DNA of 64,000 nucleotides from an uncultured Chloroflexia bacterium (GCA_963763775.1 CAVXPZ010000002.1:1-64000), one strand, 5' to 3'; shown: positions 33,381 through 44,134, numbered from the stretch's first letter. Program-made: numbers and translations. Notes: generated by a model not told the origin, from the letters alone.

Positions 33381-33397
33381 GTGAGAGGCTGCTGAGA
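33381..33397 (-). promoter_or_regulatory. OmpR/MprA-like box upstream of htrA-FMN-apbE
   Basis: Minus strand TCTCAG-CAGCC-TCTCAC. Confidence 0.65.
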
Positions 33398-33403
33398 ATC
33401 GAA

Positions 33404-33434
33404 CGACGCGGCGACCGCGAGGGTCGCCGCGTCG
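33404..33434. terminator. GC-rich hairpin after the DUF5666 gene
   Basis: Perfect 13-bp stem CGACGCGGCGACC/GGTCGCCGCGTCG, 5-nt loop; no U-tract. Confidence 0.5.
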
Positions 33435-33454
33435 TCTCGGGTCGGTGCCGCGAG

Positions 33455-34321
33455 TCAGCCGGCGCCGGCGGACGGGACCGGGGAGGCGTTCGGCGAACCG
33501 TCCTGCGGGCCGCTGGCGCCCGGCCAGCCGGGGCCGTCGCCGTCGCGATGGAACATGCCGCCGCCGAGGCCGCCGGCGACCGCCTCTGCGTCGAGCGAGC
33601 CGTCGGCGCGCTGGGTGCCCTGGGCCACGATGAACGCGTCCACCTTGATGTCCGCGAGCGTCGGGTTCGTGACGCCGGCGACCTGGTAGGTCGTCGAGCT
33701 GTCGACATGGATCGTCTGGGTCGTCCCCCCGAAGCCCTGGACCGTGATGGTGGAGCCGTCGACCTTCGTGACCTGGCCGAAGACGGTCGGGATCACGACA
33801 CGCACGGCCGTGATGGTGTAGGTGCCATCGGTCTGGCGATCCTGGCGGAACGAGATCTGGTCGCCGACCTTGAGGTCAGCCACCGCGATCGTCTTGCCGG
33901 CCCGCGTGATCGCGGTGTCGCTCGTGACGGTGATGGTCCGTGTCCAGCCGTCGTCGGTCTTGAGCGAGAGATCGGAGCCGTTGATCGCCGTGATGGTCAC
34001 GCCGCGTCCGACCCCGAATCCGGGGCCTGCGTCACCACCGAAGAAGCCGAAGCCGCGGCCGCCCATCATCGGACCGCCGTTGCGTGGGCCGAGGTTCGGG
34101 TCCGCCGAGGTGGCCGGTGCGCTGGACGGCGCCGCCGACGGATCGGTCACGGTCGACGGGTCGGCACCGGTCGACGGCGCGGGCGAGGCGCCCATCACCG
34201 ACATCACGCCGACCGCGAAGAGCAACGCGGAACCCAGGACGATCCCGCCCCGCGTCGCGCCTCGCGACAGGAGTGGGCGATGGATGCGCTCGTGGAACTC
34301 GGTGGGCTCTCGCTCGGTCAT
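33455..34321 (-). CDS. DUF5666-type tandem-domain exported protein
   Basis: One TM segment; two repeats (ITAINGSDLSL...DLKVGD and VTKVDGSTITV...DIKVD). Confidence 0.7.
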   Translation of the reverse strand: MTEREPTEFHERIHRPLLSRGATRGGIVLGSALLFAVGVMSVMGASPAPSTGADPSTVTDPSAAPSSAPATSADPNLGPRNGGPMMGGRGFGFFGGDAGPGFGVGRGVTITAINGSDLSLKTDDGWTRTITVTSDTAITRAGKTIAVADLKVGDQISFRQDRQTDGTYTITAVRVVIPTVFGQVTKVDGSTITVQGFGGTTQTIHVDSSTTYQVAGVTNPTLADIKVDAFIVAQGTQRADGSLDAEAVAGGLGGGMFHRDGDGPGWPGASGPQDGSPNASPVPSAGAG

Positions 34322-34493
34322 TCGGACACTCCGTGGTCGTGTTGGGATCTCGATGGCGGGTCGATGGACGGACCCGTGCAGCGCTGAGTCTCGATGGCGA
34401 TTCTTCGAGGGTCCTGAGAACGGGCGGATCCGGGGCGTGCGGGCAACATCGTCGGCGTCGCCGTCTCGGCGGGGCGCGTGAGCCCCGACCGGG

Positions 34494-35876
34494 CTAGTAC
34501 GCGAACCGCTCGGCGTGGATCTGCGATCCCGGGACGCGCAGTTCGGCCAGCGACGCCTCGACGGTCTGCATCATCGGGACCGGGGCGCAGATGTAGACAT
34601 CGCGGTCGACGACGTCGGGCACGAGCGTCAGCAAGGCGCGAGGCGCCAACGGATCCCCGGGCATGGCCGCGGACCCGCGTCGACCGATCACGTAGTGCAC
34701 CGCGATGCCGCGCTGGCGAGCCAGCTGGTCGAGCTCGTCGCGGAAGACGATGTCGGCGGGTCGGGCCGCGCGATAGACGAGCACGAGCTCGCCGGGAGCG
34801 GCCGGCAGGGCCTCCAGCAGCGCGCGCAGCGGCGTGATGCCGATACCGCCGGCGATCATCAGGACCCGGCGTCGCGTCCGTCGGGCCCCCGTGAGGATCC
34901 CGTACGGCCCCTCGACGCCGACGCGCGTCCCCGCGTGGATCTCCTGGAGCTGCTTGGACCAATCGCCGAGGTCCTTGACGGTGATCCGCAGCCAGCGGCC
35001 GTTCGGCGCCGACGAGATCGAGAAGGGATGGGCCCGCCACCAGCCGTCGCGCGTGAGGAACCGCCACTGGAACCACTGGCCGGCACGGACGGCGAGCTGA
35101 TCGAGGTCACGGCCCGTGATGTAGAGGCTGACCACGCCCGGCGCCTCCTGGACGACGTTGGCGACCACGAGGCGGTGTCGAAGCGACGTCCGGACCGGCT
35201 GTCCGACCCGGAAGACCAGGATGAGCGCGATGGTCGCGAGGTACAGCCCGATCCAGTACATCGACGCGACCTGGTCGTGCATGAAGTCCGAGCCCACGAA
35301 GAGCTGGTGGAGGAACCCGAGGGCGATCGCGAGGTAGGCGTACAGGTGGATGCCGTACCACGTCTCCCGCGACAGCTTTCGACGCGCGGCCCGGATCGAG
35401 GTGATCGTCACGGCCGCGAACAGGCCGGCGCTGACGGTGGCCATGAGGACGTAGGGATACGTGGTCACGAGCGCGACGAACTCGTCGACGACGCTCGAGC
35501 CGTCACCCAGGGCGTAGCCGACCGTCGTCGCGACGATGTGGCCGAGCAACAGCCAGGCCGTGGCGAACCCGAGCCACCGATGGGCGACCGCGAGGCCGTC
35601 CATCCCGAAGGTCTGGTCGAGCCATGGACTCCGGGACATGAGGACGAGCTGGATGAGGGCGAAGTAGGTGCCGTAGAGCGCGGTGACCTGGCCGATCGCC
35701 GTCAGGAGCCCGGCAGGGCTCGAGAGCTCGGCCGTGCCGCCGTGGCGGAACCACATCAACCCGATCACGATCGCCTGGGCGATCAGGACCGCCACGACGT
35801 CCGCGCCGCGCAGCCGACGCGACCGCGGCATCGGGACGGCGCGCGGTGCAGCGGCAGTCTGCGGGCGGCTGGTCAT
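34494..35876 (-). CDS. Ferric-reductase-like transmembrane + FAD/NAD-binding oxidoreductase
   Basis: Heme-ligand histidines (AHRWLG, GHIV, IHLYAY, FLHQL), HPFSISS, EGPYG, AGGIGITP, IHAERFAY. Confidence 0.9.
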   Translation of the reverse strand: MTSRPQTAAAPRAVPMPRSRRLRGADVVAVLIAQAIVIGLMWFRHGGTAELSSPAGLLTAIGQVTALYGTYFALIQLVLMSRSPWLDQTFGMDGLAVAHRWLGFATAWLLLGHIVATTVGYALGDGSSVVDEFVALVTTYPYVLMATVSAGLFAAVTITSIRAARRKLSRETWYGIHLYAYLAIALGFLHQLFVGSDFMHDQVASMYWIGLYLATIALILVFRVGQPVRTSLRHRLVVANVVQEAPGVVSLYITGRDLDQLAVRAGQWFQWRFLTRDGWWRAHPFSISSAPNGRWLRITVKDLGDWSKQLQEIHAGTRVGVEGPYGILTGARRTRRRVLMIAGGIGITPLRALLEALPAAPGELVLVYRAARPADIVFRDELDQLARQRGIAVHYVIGRRGSAAMPGDPLAPRALLTLVPDVVDRDVYICAPVPMMQTVEASLAELRVPGSQIHAERFAY

Positions 35877-35899
35877 GGTCCGGATGCTGGGGCCGGACG

Positions 35900-35916
35900 C
35901 TGAGAGGAATCTGAGA
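35900..35916 (-). promoter_or_regulatory. Perfect OmpR/MprA-like box upstream of the ferric reductase
   Basis: Minus strand TCTCAG-ATTCC-TCTCAG. Confidence 0.7.
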
Positions 35917-35946
35917 GCGCGATACTGCGCGGGACAGGAGGTTCGG

Positions 35947-37950
35947 ATGCGAGAACCCGGCCCCTCGTGGCCGATCTTCGGGCGCGACGGCGACGGCGTG
36001 GCGTGGCGACCTGATCCGGCCATGACCGGGGCGTCGCTCCTCGAGGGGTTCCTCCGGACCACCGGGGAGCGGAGTCTCGAGACGGTGCAGGCCCGCGCGG
36101 CCGCCGACCCGGCATGGTTCTGGGGAGCGGCGGCGGACGACGTCGGGATCCGCTGGCAGCGCCGGCCGTCCGGGATCCTCGACCTCTCCGGCGGGCCGGC
36201 GTGGGCTCGCTGGTGGAGCGGGGCTGCCTGGAACTACGCGCGCGCCGCGGTCGAGGCGGCCGACGCCGCGGACGGGGACCGGCCCCGGCTCGTCTGGGAA
36301 GGCGAGGACGGCGCGGTCGTCACGCTGACCGGCCGAGAGCTCGCCGCGGCCGTCGACGTGGCGGTCCGTCGCCTGGCCGCGCACGGGGTGCGTCCCGGCG
36401 ACCGGGTCGGGGTGCTGCTGCCGATGCTTCCCGAGACCGTGGTCTCGGTCCTCGCCCTCGGCCGGCTCCAGGCGATCTTCACGCCGATCTTCAGCGGCTA
36501 CGGCGCACCGGCGATCGCGACCCGGCTCGCCGACTGCGAGGCGTCGCTGCTGATCACCGCGGACGGGTTCCTGCGGCGTGGGACATGGGTCCAGCTCAAG
36601 GCCGTCGCCGACGAGGCGGTCGCGGGCGTCCCGTCGATCCGCCGGTTGCTCGTGGTCCGCCGCGCGGGCGACGCCCTCGAGACACCCTGGACCCAGGGCC
36701 GCGACGCCTGGTGGCACGACCCGGTGGCCGGGGAGGCCGGCGGTCCCGCGCCCGATGCCGGCAGCGAGACCGATCCCGAGACGCCGTACATGCTCATCTA
36801 CACATCGGGCACGACCGGGCGTCCGAAGGGGGCGGTCCACGTGCACGGCGGCTTCCCGATCAAGGCCGCCCAGGACCTGGCCCATCAGTTCGACCTCGGA
36901 CCGGCCGACACGCTCTTCTGGTTCACGGACCTGGGCTGGATGATGGGCCCGTGGGCGATCGCCGGCACACTGCTCCGCGGTGCTCGACTCGTCCTCTACG
37001 AGGGCGCGCCGGACTTCCCGGGGCCGGACCGGCTGTGGTCCCTGGTGGCACGCCACCGGGTCACCCACCTCGGCCTGTCCCCCACCGTCATCCGCGCGCT
37101 GATGGCCCACGGCGAGGAACCGGTCCGGTCGCACGACCGCTCGTCGCTCCGGGTCCTCGGCTCGACCGGCGAGCCGTGGAACCCGAGCCCTTGGTGGTGG
37201 TATTTCCGCGAGGTCGGGGAGGGCCGCTGCCCGATCGTCAACTACTCGGGCGGGACCGAGGTCTCGGGCGGGATCGTGTCCGGGAACGTCGTCGGGCCGA
37301 TCAAGCCGGCGTCGTTCTCGGGGCCGTGCATCGGGACCATCGCGGACGTCGTGGACGAGGCGGGGACCTCGGTGCGCGGCGCGGTGGGCGAACTCGTGAT
37401 CCGGGCGCCGATGCCGGGCATGACCCGGGGGTTCTGGCGCGATCCCGAGCGCTACGAGTCCACCTATTGGTCGCGGATCCCCGGCACGTGGGTCCATGGC
37501 GACTGGGCGCTCCGTGGATCCGACGGCTTCTGGTACATCCACGGCCGGTCCGACGACACGCTCAAGGTGGCCGGCAAGCGCGTCGGGCCGGCGGAGGTCG
37601 AGAGTGCGGCCGTCTCGCACCCGGCAGTCCTGGAGGCGGCCGCGATCGGCGTCCCGCACGAGATCAAGGGGGAGGTCGTCGTGGTGCTCTGCGTCCTGCG
37701 CCCGGGAGAGACCGACGACCCGGCACTCCGATCGGCGATCTCCGCGACCGTCGCCGAGCAGCTCGGCAAGCCGCTCAAGCCCGAGACGGTCGCCGTGGTC
37801 CGGGCCCTGCCCAAGACGCGCTCGGGCAAGGTCATGCGCCGCGTCGCCCGCGCGACATGGCTGGGTCTCGACCCGGGTGACCTCTCGACCCTCGATGACG
37901 CCGGGGCGCTCGACGCGATCCGGTCCGTGGCCCCACCGCGACCGGGCTGA
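35947..37950 (+). CDS. Acetyl/acyl-CoA synthetase-like AMP-binding protein
   Basis: YTSGTTGRPKG, GRSDDTLKVAGKR, LPKTRSGKVMRR. Confidence 0.92.
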   Translation: MREPGPSWPIFGRDGDGVAWRPDPAMTGASLLEGFLRTTGERSLETVQARAAADPAWFWGAAADDVGIRWQRRPSGILDLSGGPAWARWWSGAAWNYARAAVEAADAADGDRPRLVWEGEDGAVVTLTGRELAAAVDVAVRRLAAHGVRPGDRVGVLLPMLPETVVSVLALGRLQAIFTPIFSGYGAPAIATRLADCEASLLITADGFLRRGTWVQLKAVADEAVAGVPSIRRLLVVRRAGDALETPWTQGRDAWWHDPVAGEAGGPAPDAGSETDPETPYMLIYTSGTTGRPKGAVHVHGGFPIKAAQDLAHQFDLGPADTLFWFTDLGWMMGPWAIAGTLLRGARLVLYEGAPDFPGPDRLWSLVARHRVTHLGLSPTVIRALMAHGEEPVRSHDRSSLRVLGSTGEPWNPSPWWWYFREVGEGRCPIVNYSGGTEVSGGIVSGNVVGPIKPASFSGPCIGTIADVVDEAGTSVRGAVGELVIRAPMPGMTRGFWRDPERYESTYWSRIPGTWVHGDWALRGSDGFWYIHGRSDDTLKVAGKRVGPAEVESAAVSHPAVLEAAAIGVPHEIKGEVVVVLCVLRPGETDDPALRSAISATVAEQLGKPLKPETVAVVRALPKTRSGKVMRRVARATWLGLDPGDLSTLDDAGALDAIRSVAPPRPG

Positions 37951-38020
37951 CCGGTCATGGCCGGCCGGCGCGACGGTCGCGGCCGGCCCGCGACGGCCGC
38001 GGCGCCGTATCCTTGGCGAC

Positions 38021-38494
38021 GTGCAGACGACCACGGCCCCCGACCGCGACATCGTCACCTGGGACGAGCTGGACCGACTCGTGGCGGACCTGGCGGAACG
38101 GCTGACCGGCGCCCAATTCGACGTGATGCTGGCGATCACCCGCGGCGGTCTCGTGCCCGCAGGCATGCTCGCCTATCGGCTGCGCCTGCGGAACATCCTC
38201 GTCGCCGCCGTCGAGTACTACGACGACCACGGCAAGCCGGGGCCGCACCCCACGTTCCTGCAGTTCCCGGCGGATCCGCTCCTGCGCGGTCAGCGGGTGC
38301 TCATCGTCGACGAGGTCTGGGACAGCGGGACGACGATCCACGCCGTGACGGATCGCGTGCTGCAAGCGGGCGGCATCCCGACGACGGCGGTCCTGCACTT
38401 CAAGCCGGCGCGGTCGCGCGTCCCCGGCCGGCCGGACGTGTTCGCGGTGGAGACCGACCGATGGGTCGTGTATCCCTTCAAAGCGGGCGGCTGA
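38021..38494 (+). CDS. Purine phosphoribosyltransferase family
   Basis: AITRGGLVPA; VLIVDEVWDSGTT. Confidence 0.88.
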   Translation: MQTTTAPDRDIVTWDELDRLVADLAERLTGAQFDVMLAITRGGLVPAGMLAYRLRLRNILVAAVEYYDDHGKPGPHPTFLQFPADPLLRGQRVLIVDEVWDSGTTIHAVTDRVLQAGGIPTTAVLHFKPARSRVPGRPDVFAVETDRWVVYPFKAGG

Positions 38495-38567
38495 CCATCG
38501 GTCGGTCCCCAGAACCAACCTGTGCCGTGCGGCCCGATGCCGCGCCATCGACCAACGGAGGCCGATC

Positions 38568-39653
38568 GTGACGACCCAGTCGATACTCCTCGTCGGAACG
38601 AAGAAGGGGGCGTTCATCCTCGAGAGCGACGCGTCGCGTCACGACTGGACCGTGCGCGGGCCGTTGTGCGAGGGCTGGCCGATCCACGACCTGATCGTGG
38701 ATCCGGCGAGCGGGGCGATCCTCGCGGCCGGCGGCAGCCCGTGGTTCGGGCCTGCCGTGTGGCGGAGCGACGACCGCGGCGAGACGTGGACCCACTCCTC
38801 GGACGGGCTCACGTACGGTGACGACGCACCGGCGGCCGTGAAGACCGTCTGGAGCCTGGCCGTGGCTCCTGACGGCACGATCCTGGCCGGGGTCGAGCCC
38901 GCCGGGCTGTTCAGGAGCCGGGATGGCGGCACGACCTGGACGCATGTCGAGGGCCTCACGAATCATCCGACTCGCCCGACGTGGGGCCCCGGAGCGGGCG
39001 GCCTCATCCTCCATACGATCGTCCCGCACCCGGTCGATCCCGATCGCACCTGGGTAGGGATCTCGGCGGTCGGGGTCTTCGAGACCCAGGACGGCGGCGT
39101 CTCGTGGGAACCGCGCAACGTCGGCGTGCGTGCCGGGTTCCTGCCGGACCCCCATCCGATCACCGGCCAATGCGTCCACAAGTTCGCCATGGCGGCCGGC
39201 GAGCCGGACACGCTCTACCAGCAGAACCACTGCGGCGTCTACCGTTCGGACGACGCGGGCGCGACGTGGATCGAGCTCACGGACAACGGCCTGCCGAGCG
39301 AGTTCTCGTTCCCGCTCGTGACCCACCCGCGCGACCCGGACACGGCCTGGGTGATCCCGCTCAACGGCGCCGACCAGGGACGGTTCGTCCCCGACGCGCG
39401 CCCGGCGGTCTGGCGGACCCACGATCGCGGCACGTCCTGGATCCGGGCGGATGCGGGCCTGCCGTCCGAGCACGCCTACTTCACGATCCTGCGCGAGGCC
39501 ATGGCCCGTGACACGCTGGATCCGGTCGGCGTCTCGTTCGGCACGGAGACCGGCCAGCTCTGGCACAGCGCGGACGAGGGCCTGTCGTGGCGTCTGGTCA
39601 CCGATGCGCTGCCGGAGATCTGGGCGGTCGAGGCCGCGGTCATCGAGCGCTGA
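38568..39653 (+). CDS. Cytoplasmic BNR/Asp-box beta-propeller protein
   Basis: Repeated SxDxGxTW motifs; LYQQNHCGVYRSDD; no signal peptide. Confidence 0.85.
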   Translation: MTTQSILLVGTKKGAFILESDASRHDWTVRGPLCEGWPIHDLIVDPASGAILAAGGSPWFGPAVWRSDDRGETWTHSSDGLTYGDDAPAAVKTVWSLAVAPDGTILAGVEPAGLFRSRDGGTTWTHVEGLTNHPTRPTWGPGAGGLILHTIVPHPVDPDRTWVGISAVGVFETQDGGVSWEPRNVGVRAGFLPDPHPITGQCVHKFAMAAGEPDTLYQQNHCGVYRSDDAGATWIELTDNGLPSEFSFPLVTHPRDPDTAWVIPLNGADQGRFVPDARPAVWRTHDRGTSWIRADAGLPSEHAYFTILREAMARDTLDPVGVSFGTETGQLWHSADEGLSWRLVTDALPEIWAVEAAVIER

Positions 39654-39657
39654 CGGC

Positions 39658-39921
39658 GTGGCCGTGGTGCTGCTCCCGCGCTCGCTGATCGCGCTCTTCC
39701 CCGGCGCGGAGCGGCGCTACGAGGTCGGCGGCGTCACGGTCGGCGCCGTCCTGCTGGAGCTCGACGACCGGGTCCCCGGGATCCGCGAACGCCTCGTCGA
39801 ATCGGGGCCGCGGCTGCGTCCGCACATCAACGTCTACGTCGATGGCGACCCGGCCGACCTCGTCTCGGCCGTGGGACCGTCCGCCACGGTCCACGTGCTG
39901 CCGGCGGTGTCGGGCGGCTGA
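39658..39921 (+). CDS. MoaD/ThiS ubiquitin-like protein
   Basis: RPHINVYVDG; C-terminal PAVSGG. Confidence 0.88.
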   Translation: MAVVLLPRSLIALFPGAERRYEVGGVTVGAVLLELDDRVPGIRERLVESGPRLRPHINVYVDGDPADLVSAVGPSATVHVLPAVSGG

Positions 39922-40121
39922 CGGGAAGCACGAGCGGCCGGGCCGGGTTGACCGGCGCGACCTGGGAGTTGCGCGGGGGGACGCCCTCCTGGATCGGCGC
40001 CGGTCGGATCACATCGTCGCCGAGCTCGCGATCCGTTCCGAGGGCGCGAACCGGCAGACTCGACCCGACGCGGTTGCACGGTCGCGGCAACGCCACGAGG
40101 CGGACGCGCTATGGTCCCGCC

Positions 40122-41306
40122 ATGGCCATCGATGGGCAGATGGGCGACGACGTCGAAGGATTCGACCTCGAGGCGATCGTGACGATCGTGGCGGCGGACG
40201 TCGGCGAACGCCCGGACGACGTCCGCGAGGCCGTCGAGCAGGTCATCCGTCTCGCCCTCGGACCGACCGAGCCCGGGGCGGCCGCCGGGATCGTCGAAGC
40301 CGACGGCGAGCGGGCCGCGCGTGACGGGATGCTCCCGGAGCAGCTCATCGACCGGTACCTCTCCACCCTCTGGGCCGTCTGGGAGGCCAGCGCCTCCGGA
40401 GCGAGCTCGAAGGGCGCCCTCGTGATGCTCGGTGACCGGCTCCTCCACGCCGCCGACGAATTGGTCGCCGCGGTGGCGGTCGGCTATCGGTCGGTCGAGC
40501 GCGACCTCATCGTCCGGAACGCCGAGGCACGACGCGCCTTCCTCGAGGAGCTGCTGGGGGCCGTCGCCGTGGACACGAGCGCGATCGGGCGACTTCGGCG
40601 GATCAGCGCCCGGAACGGCCTCGACCCGTCGGCCAACTACCGGCTCGTGGCGATCGCGGCGGACGGCGACACGGACGACACCGAGACCGAGGCCCTGGCC
40701 GGCCGGCTCCGGCTCGTCGTCGCCCGCCCGGCTGGGCTCGATCGGGCGCGAGCCGGCGTCACGCTGCCGCAGGTCATCACCTGGCGCGGGCGCGTCCTCG
40801 TCCTCGCCCGGGCGTCGTGGCCCGGTCTCGCCGGGCTCCAGGCGAGCCTCGCCGACGCCGCCGGCACGCGCTGGACGGCCGTGGTGTCGCCATCGATCGC
40901 GGGCGTGCAAGGTCTCGCGCCCGCCCTCGCCAGGCTGCTGGACACCCTGCGGACGGCGCGTCGGCTGCATCACGACGGCTGGATCGAGCACCCCGACGAC
41001 CTCGCAGTCGAACGGTTGATGCTGGCCGACGACGTCCTGCTCCAGACGATCGTGGATCGCGAGCTCGGACCGCTGCTCGACGACGCGCGCATGGGCGACG
41101 AGCTCGTCCACACGCTCCAGGTCTACTTCGACGCCGGCGAGAACATGCGCGAGACCGCACGACGACTGCATCTCGCCAATCGGACGGTCGCCTACCGGAT
41201 CGAGCGGATCGCGACCCTCCTGGGGCACCCGCTGGACGGCGCCTCGCGCCAGCGCCTGGTGATCGCGCTGCTCGCGCGACGGATCCTGGGCGGGGACACC
41301 GCCTGA
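40122..41306 (+). CDS. PucR/CdaR-family transcriptional regulator
   Basis: C-terminal TLQVYF...ETARRLHLANRTVAYRIERI; helical N-terminal domain. Confidence 0.85.
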   Translation: MAIDGQMGDDVEGFDLEAIVTIVAADVGERPDDVREAVEQVIRLALGPTEPGAAAGIVEADGERAARDGMLPEQLIDRYLSTLWAVWEASASGASSKGALVMLGDRLLHAADELVAAVAVGYRSVERDLIVRNAEARRAFLEELLGAVAVDTSAIGRLRRISARNGLDPSANYRLVAIAADGDTDDTETEALAGRLRLVVARPAGLDRARAGVTLPQVITWRGRVLVLARASWPGLAGLQASLADAAGTRWTAVVSPSIAGVQGLAPALARLLDTLRTARRLHHDGWIEHPDDLAVERLMLADDVLLQTIVDRELGPLLDDARMGDELVHTLQVYFDAGENMRETARRLHLANRTVAYRIERIATLLGHPLDGASRQRLVIALLARRILGGDTA

Positions 41307-41308
41307 CC

Positions 41309-42888
41309 CTAGGGGCCGAGGACGCCGGCGAACGGGTCGAACGCCTCCGAGCGGTCCGCCACGGCGTCGCCGCCGAGGGCCCGGGCCGAGGAGACGTCCG
41401 GCGCATCGCCCGCGACGGACCGCCAGCCGCGATCGATGAGCATCTCGAGCGTCGCCGTCGCGACGCCGATCGCCCGCTGGGCGTGGTCGAGCGCGACGCC
41501 GGTCAGGTTCGCGGGCTCGCGGGCGGCCCCGACTTCGCGGGCGATCCGGGCCGCTGCCCGCGTCTCGCGCGCGACCGCCTGCGTCCGGCCGGACGGCGGA
41601 TCACGATCGCGACGTCGCCCGAGATGGAGAGGCCCGCGCTCAGGATGAACGGCCAGGCCGCCGCCTGGTCTGGCGGGACGTCGGGCTCGACGAAGGCCAT
41701 CGGGTGGCCCGAGTAGATCTCGCGACGGATCGCCACCTCGGCGATCGAGCGGGCGCCAGCCGCCGGCTCGTCGACGATCCACGGCGGCAGGGCCCCGACG
41801 GCGACCTGGTCGGCCGGGACGCCGTCGGCGCGCGCGAGCGACACCGCGAGCAGCTGGAGCGCGAGCGCCCGGCCGCAGCGCGTCGCCGGGTCCGACGGGA
41901 TCCCGACGCGCAGGTCCGGCGCCACGACGAGCGACCCGGCGCCGATCATGAGGATGGTGCCGGCCCGACGATGGAGCCGGTGGGCGAAGGCGTGGTCGGA
42001 GAGCGCACGCGCCGGATCGATCCCGGTGGCGACGATCTCGGCCATCGGATCGGCCTCCACGAGATCGATGCGCTCGAAGGCGGCGACGACCGCATCCTCG
42101 GGCGACCAGAGCGCCGGAGCCGCGGTCGCGAGCCGGACATAGCCGCGTCGCTGGGCCGCCAGGCTGTCCGTCAGTCGGCGGATCTCCGCGAGCGCCCGCT
42201 GGCTCCCCGCCGGGGCGGGCTCGACCCGTTCGCGCCCGCCATGTCCGCCGCGGCCCTCGCCGGCGCGCCACTCCGGGACGTCCTCGCCGACGCCCTGCAG
42301 GCGCTCGGCCAATTCCCGCCCGACGGGGACCTCGATGCGGATGACGTCGGCGCCGGCGGCGACGAGCTCGTCGACCTCGTCGAGCGCGCCGTCGAGATCC
42401 GGTTCGACGAGCGTCGTGCCGATCCAGGGTCGCGGCGCGTCACCGAGCAGGCCGATGATCTCGCGCCGCGCGGTCCGGTCGGCGTCGATCCGCTCGATGG
42501 CCGCTCGGCCGAGGCGTGTCGCCTCGGCCTCGGCGACGGCTCGGCGGTCGGGCTCGCGGAGCAGGTCGGCCTCGAGGCCGAGGTCGACGATGCCCGCGGC
42601 GACGTCCATCGCCAGCTGCTGCGGGTCGAGGTCGTATTCGAGCAGGCCCATCGCGAACGGCAGGGCGATCCCGCCCCCGAGACCGCGCCGGTCACGCGCC
42701 AGCCAGCGGTCGACCGTGGCCCCCGCGAGCGGCCGGCCGTCCCGATCGAGGCCGGTCACCCCGAACAGCCGGAGCACGGCGCGCTCCTGGCCCAGCGAGG
42801 TCGTCTCACGGGCGCGCGGCGCGAGGGACGCCGCAAGCGTGTCGGCGCGGGCCACGAGCGCGTCGAGCGGGCCCCAATCGCTCCTCAC
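41309..42888 (-). CDS. Divergent lysine 5,6-aminomutase alpha-subunit (KamD)-like protein (frameshift near 41590)
   Basis: TSLGQERAVLRLFGVTGLD resembles KamD TTVTVERAVCRLLGIDGVD; also GADVIRI, GIDPARALSDHAF, LGGDAV. Confidence 0.65.
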
Positions 42889-44064
42889 CCGGCGAGTCTC
42901 CCGGCCGCGTGGAGCATCGCGAGCGTCCGATCGATCGGGAGGCCGCGGACGACGTGGCCGTCACGACCCTCGACGGTGTCGGCCCGGAAGAGGGCGTCGA
43001 GCACCGCCGCTTCGGTCGCCTCGACGACCGCGCCGAAGAACGGGTCGAGGTATTCGTCGTCGATGGTCTCGACCGCGAGCAACGGCTGTCCGCTCCCGCG
43101 CGGGATGCGCAGGCCGGTCGAGAACGCGAGGAAGATCTCCCCCGAGCCGTGACCCGCGGTCGAGCCGGTCCTGGCCAGGCCCATCCCCGCGCGCCGGGCC
43201 AGCCGGGTCAGCGCCGGGCCGAGCAGGGGCGCGTCGGTCGCCACGACGACCGCGCAACTGCCGCGCTCGCGGTCGTGCGGGATCGCCTCCGGCCAACCCC
43301 CGGCCGTCAGGGCCTCGCCGACCCGGACGCCGTCGACCGTCAGGCGTCCCATGCGTCCGAAGTTCGCGAGCACCATGACGCCGACCGTGTAGGCGGGACC
43401 TCGAGGGCCCCCGCGACCGTCGAGGTCCTGCGGAATCGCGACGGTCGACCGGATGGACGACGCGCGACGCCGAGCCGATGCCGCCTTTCATCTCGTAGCA
43501 GATCATCCCCGTCCCCGCTCCGACGACGCCGCCGGCCACCGGGCCGCGCTCCGGGCCGGCGGCATCGGCCAGGGCCGCCCGCACGTCGGTCGCGTCGACC
43601 TGGACGGTCCGGGACGCGTTCAGCCAGCCGTCATCGCACTCGCCGACGGCCGGCATGAGCGCGTCATCGATCCCGGCCGCCTCGTCCAGCTCGACGAGCG
43701 TGGCGACGGCCGCGTCGTAGACGCGACCGATCGCCATCGAGCTGGTCCACAGGATCGGCGTCTCGAGGACCCCCCACTCGCCGATCGTGGTGATCCCGAT
43801 CGCCTCGCCGGCGCCGTTGAGGACGGCGGCCCCGGCCGGCACGCGCTGCTGGAACAGCTCGCCGATCCCGAACGGGACGATGGCGGTCACCCCGGTCCGC
43901 GCGATCCCGCGACCCTCCGGGGGCGGCGGCTCGTCGCGCCAGACCGTCGCGTGGCCGACGCGAACGTTCGCGACGTCGACGATCGAATCGGTCGGGCCGG
44001 GCGGGAGCATCCCGATGTGGATGCCCAGGTCGCGCGGGCGGGCTCGCGGGAGCGGCGGGGTCAC
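42885..44064 (-). CDS. P1-family peptidase (DmpA/BapA-like; frameshift near 43400)
   Basis: RARPRDLGI, VRVGHAT, RTGVTAI, GAGTGM, KGGIGSASR, GSCAVVVATDAP, SGEIFLAFST. Confidence 0.9.
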
Positions 44065-44134
44065 GGGCACCTCCGAGCGGGCGGCTCGCCCGGTCGCGCG
44101 CCCCGGGCTCCTCGATGTCCCAGTATGGCCGCGC

